From Pavona decussata (lineage: Eukaryota): 64,000 nt of DNA. Both the position numbers and the translations under genes were made by a program. The notes beneath the pieces are model-generated. The model saw nothing but the letters and a program-made list of their open reading frames with translations. It made no database searches and was not told where the DNA came from. Location: positions 2,046,001 through 2,110,000 of the forward strand of contig CDRNST010000196.1 of assembly GCA_977016875.1 (NCBI GenBank), written 5' to 3'. Positions within the stretch are counted from its first letter, which is position 1; each line of letters starts with the position of its first letter. Shown here one piece after another: positions 38,705-48,120 of this stretch.

Positions 38705-39432
38705 AGATGCTATGGCTAAACATTGCTGCAGGGCGGATAAGACTTCACTGAAAGCTGATGAGAGATTGTCTAAGGTTTCTTTGTCATAAGCGTTAATATT
38801 CGAACTGCTGTCTCGGAGCTCACGAAGCAAACTCACCGTTCGATCAAAAACAACAATATGCTGCTCCACAATTTCACAACCCTGACCATGTTTAAGACAC
38901 AATTCTCCGATTTCCCTATCCCGTTTAAGACAGAATTCAAAATTTTCAGGCCCTCTCTAAGACATTTAACCCAAAATCACATCCAGTTTAAGACTAGAAT
39001 GAAATAAAAATACACTAGTCAGTGTTACTAATGCATTGGCAATCACAATCTGTTTAAGCCCTTAGCCATGTAGGGATACCCTGTTTAAGTGATGAAATAG
39101 GTACCCCGTTCAAGACAAAACACCCTGAAAACCATTCTCTATCTGGCCGCACGTCCCCGCTAAGGTCACATAAGGGAGTTCCCCCCCGGGTCTAGATCAT
39201 TCCGAAAATTACGATCCGTCATTGACCCGGCGTCACATACATATTAGGACCGTACAAATGGTTTCTGTCTCTAAACGAAAGGTGAAAACGTAAGGATTAA
39301 AGCCCGGGGATTACAAAAAGCATTCGTATGACAAATGTTGTTTTCCCCTGTATTTCATTCTGACGGCAAGAAATGCAATTCTATCTGGTGGTTACTTATT
39401 GCCTCACTATATCTCTGTACCTATCTATTTGG

Positions 39433-39515
39433 TAGCCTGCGAGCAAGCTCTCTTGGGGGTGGGGGACGGGAGGGGGAAAGAGGATCCACCCTCAAGAGAG
39501 CTTGCTCGCAGGCTA
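39433..39515. mobile_element. 83-bp AcademH-type MITE with 9-bp TSD
   Basis: tagcctgcgagcaagctctc...gagagcttgctcgcaggcta flanked by TCTATTTGG on both sides. Confidence 0.9.
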
Positions 39516-39819
39516 TCTATTTGGGGGAATTGGCGATGCTGGAGGTTATCACTGTTAAAAGATTGTAGGCTTAACGCACCACACAGTCAAATATGCCCCG
39601 AGTATAAGCTGGAAACAGCTTCTTGTTTTCTTCGTTCTCCCGGCTGCCGACTCTCGCGCTGCCACACTTTCGCGCTCCCCGACAAAAAGGAAGCTTGATC
39701 GTAGGTTACATCAACAGTTCATGTACTGTTTACCTTGGTGCCTGCTTCTTGTCTTCGAAAATATTCTCGCGAAGCAAGTTGACCTAAATTGGACTAACTT
39801 GTCGTTTTATTTCCGGAAG

Positions 39820-40908
39820 GAGACAAAGTGGAAACGATGCAAAAGGCTTATATCTGGCGAAGAAAAACTGAACAGAACTTTTGCCCCATCGAATGATTAC
39901 TCGGAAATCCTTCAAATCTACAAGCCAGATCAGGAGTGCGCCCATGTTCTACAGGCTCGTTTTGGTCACCCTCCAGTCACAAAAGAAGAGATGCAGCTGC
40001 CAATTGCTTATGCTTTTACAATATACAAGAGTGTACGTCTGTTTGAGCGCATTCTCCAAGCTATCTACATGCCTAACAATGTTTACTGCATTCACATCGA
40101 CAAGAAAGCGCCAGAGGTTTTCCGTAGAGCCATAAAAGCTATGATACGCTGTCTGCCAAATGTGTTCATCCCAGCAAAGAGCGCTAACGTTATCTGGGGA
40201 CATTTTTCAGTAGTTCAAGCTCAGCTCAATTGTATGGAGGAGCTGTTGCAGGCACCAGTTGACTGGAAATATTACATTAGTTTGGTTGGACAAGATTTTC
40301 CACTTTATGACAACAAGCAAATTGTAAGAGCATTACAAAGTCTTAAAAACAACAACAGCACAGAGAGTTATGAAGTGCCCGAACAGTTCAAGAATAGAAC
40401 TCAGTTCGTCCATACTTTTACAGGAAATGGATTTTTTATGGGGAATCTAAAACCACCACCACCGCACAACATTACAATTTATAAAGGATCAACGCATATT
40501 GTCGCAGTACGAGAGTTTGTTGAGTTTGTACTTTACAGCAAAATAGGTAAGGACTTCATTAAATTCTTAAAGGATACCAAAATCCCGGATGAAACGCTGT
40601 ACTCATCTCTACAACGGCATCCGCTGGTCCCAGGTGGTATCCAAGGCGAACAAACAGTGTGGATACCACGTGCATTGAATCGGATAAAATGGGAAAAAAA
40701 ATGTTACGGGACCTGGGTTCGAGAGTTGTGTTGGATCACTTTCGAGGACTTGCAGTGGGTACTGGGAGAGGAAATGTCAGATAAAATCTTTGTACACAAA
40801 ATCCCGTTCAAAGCCAGCGAGGATTTAATAGAGTGTATTCTTGTTGCAAGGCAAGGAAGAAAATACCATACACCTGTATTGAAAAAACACGAAAGTACCC
40901 AAGGCTAA
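39820..40908 (+). CDS. GT14 / core-2 (I-branching) beta-1,6-N-acetylglucosaminyltransferase (GCNT-like) catalytic exon, copy B
   Basis: PIAYAFTIYK, YCIHIDKK, WKYYISLVGQDFPL, YKGS, IPDETLY (GT14 PDE motif) and CYGTWVRELC. Branch point ctaac plus pyrimidine tract plus AG at 39819, so the ORF-track start at 39721 is probably intronic. Confidence 0.93.
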   Translation, partial: ETKWKRCKRLISGEEKLNRTFAPSNDYSEILQIYKPDQECAHVLQARFGHPPVTKEEMQLPIAYAFTIYKSVRLFERILQAIYMPNNVYCIHIDKKAPEVFRRAIKAMIRCLPNVFIPAKSANVIWGHFSVVQAQLNCMEELLQAPVDWKYYISLVGQDFPLYDNKQIVRALQSLKNNNSTESYEVPEQFKNRTQFVHTFTGNGFFMGNLKPPPPHNITIYKGSTHIVAVREFVEFVLYSKIGKDFIKFLKDTKIPDETLYSSLQRHPLVPGGIQGEQTVWIPRALNRIKWEKKCYGTWVRELCWITFEDLQWVLGEEMSDKIFVHKIPFKASEDLIECILVARQGRKYHTPVLKKHESTQG

Positions 40909-42667
40909 GAAGTGAGCACCATACGTTAGTATGCAGTCAAGGAGCTCACGTTTTGTCGCTATCATCTGAATAAATTAATTCAAGGACAACTCAATTAACT
41001 TTATTTAACTTCTTCTTCAAACTAAACAACAATCTCTATTGCAGGGTAAATGTAAAGAAAAGCTAAGCTTAAAAATTTGGCAAGAGGTTTAGCTAAGTTT
41101 GGACTATCCAATTGGCTGTAAGGCTAATCGAGTGGATGGCCTAGAACTACTGACAAGGTTGAAAATATAATTGGGAAGAGATAATTCATTTAATAGTAGC
41201 CTGTTTTAGATGCACTTGTAATTGCTGTCAAATAGCAATTAGCTATAATATCAATAACCGATATTATTAAAAAGTGGATCATTGTTTTATATAGTTCCAG
41301 GAATTTAATTGGCTTAGCGGGCATGGTATTATCCATGCCCGAAAAATAGAGACAATAAAATTGTCTTCTGGTTGGTCTTGGGAAGCTTGCTGGATATGAA
41401 ATTGTTATAACCAACTTGACGCTACGCGTTTCGTTGGCTATCGATATCTATCATCTCACTGATCCGACTTTCGCTCGTGGCCAATTGTTAAATATATTCC
41501 ATGAGTAAGAGTTTGACTTTCTTTTTGGCTCAGAGCAAAACATCGACAACAATGACATAGAAGGTAAATGGCCATTTAGTTAATTTGCTTAGCGAGATTA
41601 ACTGTCTTGAGATAACTAGCTGTCCAAAACATACAGATGCGTCCAAAACAGAAGACAAAGACAAATATAAAACTCCGGTTTGAAAGTGGCTTCTTCCTTT
41701 CTGCGTTTGTTTGACTGGTAAAAACAGCTGACTTACTCACGTTGATCCAATTACCGGACCGGTCCCGTTTGAATATATCCTAAAAAGTGTAAACAGACCC
41801 AGTCTGGGCTAGATCCATTTCGGACTGACGTCATCTAAACCTTACTTGAAATATATGTTCTGAGAAGGGCCAATACATGTTTACGCCCAAGAACATCAAC
41901 TATTCCTATTAAAATAATTTCTGAAGGCATCCACAAAAGGAATCAAAGACAATACCGTAAGCGATGTCGTAAACGCTGCCGGCGTTGCGTCGGTGTTTAT
42001 TTTAAGTTATTTTATTGTACAAAAGCATTCATTGTCGCATAAGCTTAAAACTTCGGTAGATCACTCCAAAATTTGTCAAAAGAATCTTTGCTTCCAAATT
42101 TTTAAAGGGAAAATAACAAATTTTTGTAAACAGCAAAGAAATTGTCATTTACAAGTGTTAAAATTAATTGTGCAATTGCTAAACCGAGCGGGTTTCGCTC
42201 GACGAAGACCAATTTACCTTCACCTCGCTGCCAGCCATGGAGCTACTACAGGCATTATTTCCACCATTGCCTACGAGTTTCCGTAAGTCCCCTTCTGTGG
42301 CTTCTAAGCTGAGACGACTGAGAATTTGCTCCTTCTTAGGTTTTTCAGCCATTTTGTAGCACAAAACAATATCTTTGCAGATGGCAACGCTCCCAGTCAA
42401 ACAAGCCAAAACACGGCGCGAGCAGTTGAATGATTTCAAGTTCTGATTAGCTGGCTTTGTTATTTTCTTGTTTCTCATTGGCTCAGAGCAGCGGGCTAAA
42501 ATATAAAAATACGCCGTAGTACCCGAGAAATTATTAGTAAAGAAATTCCATGACTCGTTCTCGCTGAAATGGAGTAAATCACTTTTCTATCTTAAAGGTC
42601 CTAAACTGAACACTGATAACACAAAACTTAGTACCTATGAAGTAAAAAATTTTTTGCGTTTTTTAAA

Positions 42668-43371
42668 GGCCGATTTAGACGGTACAACTTTTGCTTACGA
42701 CTGTCGCATGCGATTTCTAGAGCGCGCGCTGCTTGCGTCATGCAAAAAATCGTACACAACTCTTGTTATTCAACATTGCCTATAGAGTGTGTGCACGACG
42801 GCCATGTTGGAGGACCGAAACAATACAATGATTTTCCTTTGGGAAATATAAGTTTTTATGGAAATATCTGCTATTGTTTTAGTCCTCCAACAAGGCACAC
42901 ACTCTATACCTACGATCGTCGTAGGATTTTAAAACATGTTTTAAAATCCTACGACATCTTTTGTGACGCACACGACAGTCGTAAGCGAGTTATAGGTTTG
43001 ATTAAAGGCCGATTTAGACGGTACAACTTTTGCTTACCACTGTCGCATGCGACTTCTAGAGCGCACGCTGCTCGCGTCATGCAAAAAGTCGCACACAACT
43101 CTCTTCATTCAACATTGCCTATACCTACGATTGTCCTAGGATTTTTAAAACATGTTTTAAAATCCTACGACATTTTTTGTGACGTACACGGCAGTCGTAA
43201 GCGAGTTGTAGGTTTGATTTACACGAAACAATTCGTGTCGTAGGCCTGTCGTAAGCTTGTCGCATGCAACAAAGTTGTACCGTGTAAATCGCTCGTTACA
43301 CAAAACAATTCGTGTCGTAGGCCTGTCGTAAGCTTGTCGCATGCGACCAAGTCGTGCCGTGTAGATCGGCC
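42668..43371. mobile_element. TIR MITE with an internal duplicated or nested second copy
   Basis: aaaggccgatttagacggtac at ~42665 and ~43004; inverse end gtgtagatcggccttt at ~43373. Confidence 0.75.
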
Positions 43372-44548
43372 TTTAGGTACCCTATCTAAGGGTCACACCG
43401 GGAACACAATTCTAACACGTGCAAAAATGATACCCTATTGAAGGATCGAGACTCTCTAAACCATACCCTATCGGGCGGCACATACCTACCAAGCCCACAT
43501 TTGGGAGTATCCCCCTCCCCTTTCCCCCGGAAATGGAAAGCCTAAAACTGCCATAGACCTGAATATCTTAACAAAAACGATTCTGTTGGCCGGTATCCCC
43601 AACACTTTTAAAATCTATTGTGGTTTGTGCACGGTCAAGGTCAAAAACGCTAATTAACAAAAACATATACAGTAAAACCTCTCCTTACGGAAACCTCACT
43701 CCTTAGTGTCCGAAATAACGAGGTTCGACTGTAGCAAAGTCGTTTTATTTGTCAAACTTCATAGCCATTGCCTTTATTAACTTTGGTTGGACAAAGAAAT
43801 ACGAGATGTCAATCGGCCGAAGGCCGGCCGCCGCCATTTTGAGTTCTTACTCACTCCCAGTTCTACACCGCCCACTGAAACCCTGGGACTGAGGACTGGA
43901 CCGAGTAGATTTTCAAAATGGCGGCTTAGAAAAGCTCGGATGGACGGTATGAAATGCAGAGGAATAAGAGGAAATCAAAGACACAGTGATACAGATCAGA
44001 CGGTAAGATCGTAACTCTATTCAAATGCCGATAAAAGTCAGCTTTTTGCTCCTAGCAAATTATCTCGAATAGTCGACGCCAAATGTTTTACTCGTGGTCA
44101 CACCCCACAACCCTCTTCTGATCCACTGGGGGACCAGCTCTTTTCTCTGCTGAGGCCTCTTTTCCGCTCATGAGGAGACTACAGAGGCAAAATTTAAGCG
44201 CGTTTTGTCGCAGACTTTTTTACTCTTTTCCGTGTGTCTTCCCGTGTCAGTGTTTTCGATTAAGTTATTCTTTTGAACGTGCTCTTCAAGCAATTGAAGT
44301 AAACTGTATTTGTAGCTGCTTCTAACTTCGTAGCAAGTTCAGCCATATCTCAGTTATAACCAATTCACTTGGAGGCGTTTTTGTATTTTGGACTCGTACA
44401 ACTCTGCACTTACTCTCAGCTGAAACTCATGAAACAAAAATATAAAGCGTTGGTAATTATTCCGTTGTCTGTGGCAACGTCTAATTCTTTATGCAAAACA
44501 ACTTTGATAGGTCCAAACTGACATCATTGCCCAAGGATAGCTGCTCTG

Positions 44549-44600
44549 TGATTGGCTACAGGTGACGTCAACGCAAAATTTAGCTTGGTTTATTGCACCA
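44549..44600 (+). promoter_or_regulatory. Candidate bZIP-gene regulatory cluster: inverted CCAAT, CRE (TGACGTCA) and C/EBP-ATF-like ATTGCACCA
   Basis: gattggc at ~44550, tgacgtca at 44563-44570 and attgcacca at 44592-44600. Motif matches only. Confidence 0.4.
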
Positions 44601-44842
44601 CCACCAGTTGAAATAGTGCAACATTCGCTGTGAAGTTCATCTTATCAAGAAAATTCCTCGATCGGCAAACGGGGAACTGGACAAGTTCTTGCAATTGACA
44701 AGGTTGTCAGCGCTTAAAGTCAACAACGTTGGCGCCGATTACTTTTAAATCGGTGCTCAAAGGAAGAATTTCCCCCCAGTTCAAGGCTTAGCCACACAAC
44801 GGCAGATTTGACACACGACATCTCCTCATTTTACAACAAAAA

Positions 44843-45064
44843 ATGGAAGATTTCAAAGCAATCAAGTCTAACAACGTGTACATCAACGATCTTGAAGCCA
44901 ACCCGTGCCAACCAATACCTCGGAGGAGTCGACCGAGAGGTCGACTCAGTAGAGGTAAAGCAGAAGAGAATAGACATCGGCGAACTGAAGATCGAAACAA
45001 CAATGGGAAGCGACTGCTTAATGACCGAAAGAAACCCAACATTGAATACAAGTGGCTGGTTTGA
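44843..45064 (+). promoter_or_regulatory. 73-codon uORF overlapping the bZIP start codon out of frame
   Basis: aaaATGG at 44843 is the first ATG after 44600. Its stop at 45064 lies downstream of the main ATG at 45003, with a frame offset of 160 nt. Confidence 0.6.
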
Positions 45065-45072
45065 TGATCTTG
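45003..45072 (+). CDS. bZIP transcription factor, first coding exon
   Basis: acaATGG...MGSDCLMTERNPTLNTSGWFDDL. The phase-1 donor G|GTAAGC joins in frame to the acceptor tgtAG at 45662. Confidence 0.7.
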
Positions 45073-45662
45073 GTAAGCGACAGTAATTTCTTAAATTAAA
45101 ACTTTAGGCCAACATTTTGTTCTTAACACAAACGGGACAATCACCGATGTAGTGGTTTGCTGTGTAACTTTCCAAATTTTGCCTGCGATCAGTGCTCGTT
45201 GAAAGTTGTAGTTCGAAAGGTCTGGAAGACCTAGGGGTAGATAGTGGGGACGAGAAAAAAGTCGAAACGGGCTTCAAAGAATTCGACGAAGTAAAGTAGG
45301 GAGGAAAGTGAGCTTACTTTTCCTCCATGGTTGTCTTCGTCTTTTTTCTCATCCGTTTCGACTTTTTCCTTGTCCCCACTATTAGCCCCTCAAATTCTTC
45401 TAATTTGACGAATTCCTCACACTGGATAGGAAAAATAATAACAACAATAAAAACAAAGACAGAGCATAGGATCCCCAACAATATATTTCCCTAACCGTGA
45501 AATCAGCGTTGCTTTATTTTGGTTTTTAATATCTGCACTATGAGTACGCCATTGCTTTTGTAATCTACTTCACTTGGGGTAACTGTTCCTCAGTAACCAG
45601 GGGCATATGCTCCCATTTAGTTAAATAAGCAAACTGAATTATATTCTCTTGTTTAATTGTAG

Positions 45663-47131
45663 ATTTACTGCAAAAATCCTTTGAAGACGCTGAAAGCTTG
45701 GACCAGTCAAGTCCTGATGAGAACAGGTGCCCACTAGGCCTCCTTGACGAGTTTCACAACAAATTGCCAGTCCTGACACTTCCCTTGGAAAGTCTAGTAG
45801 ACCTTGGTGAGTCGTCAAGCTCATTGGACAATCCATTCTTTGAGGAATTCATGGATCTTGACCAGCTATTTCCAGACCTTCCCCTTGTCAACTCTCTGAA
45901 TGTGGAATTTGAAGTGGAGCAGGCCTTGTCAGTCGTCCCTTCAGACATCTGCCAATCAGATGAAGTGACATTGGAGACCGAGGGTACTACCAAGTGCACT
46001 GAACCAGCCTCCCCCTGCAGTGAAATCATTGATGTGGTTTCACTAGGAAGTGATCTGGAGGTACCCTCACCAAGTGGCAGTTTGTCTGAGGAAGCATTCT
46101 CCCCAGAGAGCATCATTGATATAGCAACCATGGATGAAGGCAGCATCGAGATACTCTCACCAAGTGGCAGTTTGTCTGATGAAGCATTCTCCCCAGAGAG
46201 CATCATTGATATAGTAACCATGGATGAAGGCAGCATCAAGATACCCTCGCCAAGGAGCAGTTTGTCTGATGAAGCATTCTTCCCAGAGAGCGTTATAGAT
46301 ATAGTTACCATGGATGAAGGCAGCATCAAGATACCCTCGCCAAGGAGCAGTTTGTCTGATGAAGCATTCTCCCCAGAGAGCGTTATAGATATAGTTACCA
46401 TGGATGAAGGCAGCATCAAGATACCCTCGCCAAGTGGCAGTTTGTCTGATGAAGCATTCTCCCCAGACAGCATCTTAGATATTGCTGCCATGGATGAAGA
46501 CGGTGTCTCTAAGGAATCAGTAACAGTCCTTCTTGACTGTGACCAAGATGAACTATGTGTCAAACCAGTGACTGATGAGATCACAGTCGTTCAAACATCA
46601 GATCCCTTAACTCTTCTAACACAAGAACTGACCAATTCCTCCTCTTTGCCAGAAATCAATGAGCTTACTCCTTCAACCCTGACAGTTGATCTTGATGAAC
46701 TATTCTCTCTTCCCATTCCTCTTGGACTTTCAGACTGTGCAGTTTTACCTGGTATAGCTGACAGTAATAAAAGCATGGTGGGCCTGCCAGAAGTTGCTGT
46801 GAAGGCTAAACCCCAGCCAAAGAGGAAAAAAACCTGTTCATCAGAAAGATCTAATACACCAGCAAAGAAAGCCAAGCATGATGGTGTTGATGTGAACTCT
46901 TGTCATGAAGAACTTGATAAGCGAACAGTCAGGCGATTGAAAAATAACATTGCATCAAAACATGCTCGTGCTTCCAGGAAGCAAAAGGAACTGGAGCTGT
47001 TTCAAAAGGAAGAGGAACTGGAAAAGGACAATGCTGAGCTGCGCAAGCAGTTGAAAGAACTTGAATTGCTTACATGTTCTCTAAGAAAAGTTCTTGTTGA
47101 AAAATTGAGTGGAGTTACTTGTCCAGTGTAA
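45663..47131 (+). CDS. PAR/C-EBP-like bZIP transcription factor, main exon (512 aa in total): acidic N-terminus, 30-aa repeats, C-terminal bZIP
   Basis: Basic region RRLKNNIASKHARASRKQK and zipper LEKDNAELRKQLKELELLTCSLRKVL. NLS-like PKRKK / PAKKAK. AATAAA at ~47437. Confidence 0.9.
46020..46500 (+). repeat. Coding 90-bp (30-aa) tandem repeat, ~5 units
   Basis: cagtttgtctgatgaagcattctccccagagag recurs at ~46078, 46168, 46258, 46348 and 46438. Confidence 0.95.
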
Positions 47132-47729
47132 TGGTCTATTATATGGCCAAAACAAAAAAAAAAACAAAAACAAAAAAAATACTTTGCTTTTTCCATAGCA
47201 TGTCAATATTTTATCATCTGCATGTAAATCAGTGGTCAGATTTTAGAACTTTAGAGAAATATAATAATCATCTGTATTACTCAAGTATTTAACTACGCTT
47301 GCATTGTATTGAGGTCTTGCTGTATACACCTACATGTATAATCGTGTTTCTAATCAAAATAGGGATTGTTTGGCTGTCGTTATATCAAAAAAAAAATGTA
47401 ACCTTTTGTACTTGAAAGCACTGTAGGGGTTTGAGAAATAAAATAATATTGAAAGGGTATAAAATTGTTGTTGTTACTTGTTCAAGGTCATTTTGCTTCA
47501 ATGGGTTAAATAACACAAGACAACAGTCAGCAGTATTGTAGTTCCTTTGGGTAATTGTACACGTCTAAATTCCCAATTTCTGTGTCATGTAGCCCCTTAA
47601 ATGATGGGCTTTCTTTTAACCCTGGAAATGGGCAAGGTTTCCTTTAGAAAGGGCTTTTATAGAGTCTAGGTTTCCTTTAGTGCAAGAAGTTGTGATGTGC
47701 AACTTGATGGGCTTAGTCATGTCCCTTAA

Positions 47730-48120
47730 GGACGGTGCCTACTATTGCTACTGCGCATACGTTCTGCGCATCTCGAGATACTCGGGTTTTCTATGGGTGG
47801 TGCCTACTTATACAGGGACGATTTTGCACGGTTTAAAACTATACGGAGAAACCAGAACTTGGCAAGTGCTTTTGGCATCTCAAAAGAAAATTGGGGGTAG
47901 CCATGCATTTTTCAGAGATAATTAAGCTTCAATTTAGGAAAAAAATCCCATACATTCCTTTATATTTTGGCGCTTTTTAGAGATATTGCTTAATTATCTC
48001 TGAAAAATGCGTGGTTACCCCCAATTTTCTTTTTGGATTCAAAGAGGCCTTGCTAAGATCTGCTTTTCCCGCATAGTCATAAGCCGCACAAAAATACTTC
48101 GGTATTAGTAGGCACTGTCC
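47730..48120. mobile_element. Kolobok-type MITE with TTAA TSD
   Basis: TTAA-ggacggtgcc...ggcactgtcc-TTAA, same family as 25655-26041. Confidence 0.9.

Larger units (their letters stand above)
25303..39708 (-). mobile_element. AcademH-like element, arm-B copy with both TIRs, filling most of the GCNT intron
   Basis: taacctacgatcag...gcgggagcgcgaaagtgtggcagc at 25303 is inverse to gctgccacactttcgcgctcccc...gatcgtaggtta ending at 39708. The interior is collinear and inverted relative to 612-14451. Confidence 0.7.

Noticed and set aside
39721-39819. ORF-track N-terminus MYCLPWCLLLVF as a GCNT signal anchor
   Set aside because: The hydrophobic run is short, and the sequence contains a branch point, pyrimidine tract and in-phase AG. 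It is better explained as intron.
45754-46584. 276-aa antisense ORF
   Set aside because: Shadow of the repetitive bZIP coding exon, with no independent signals.
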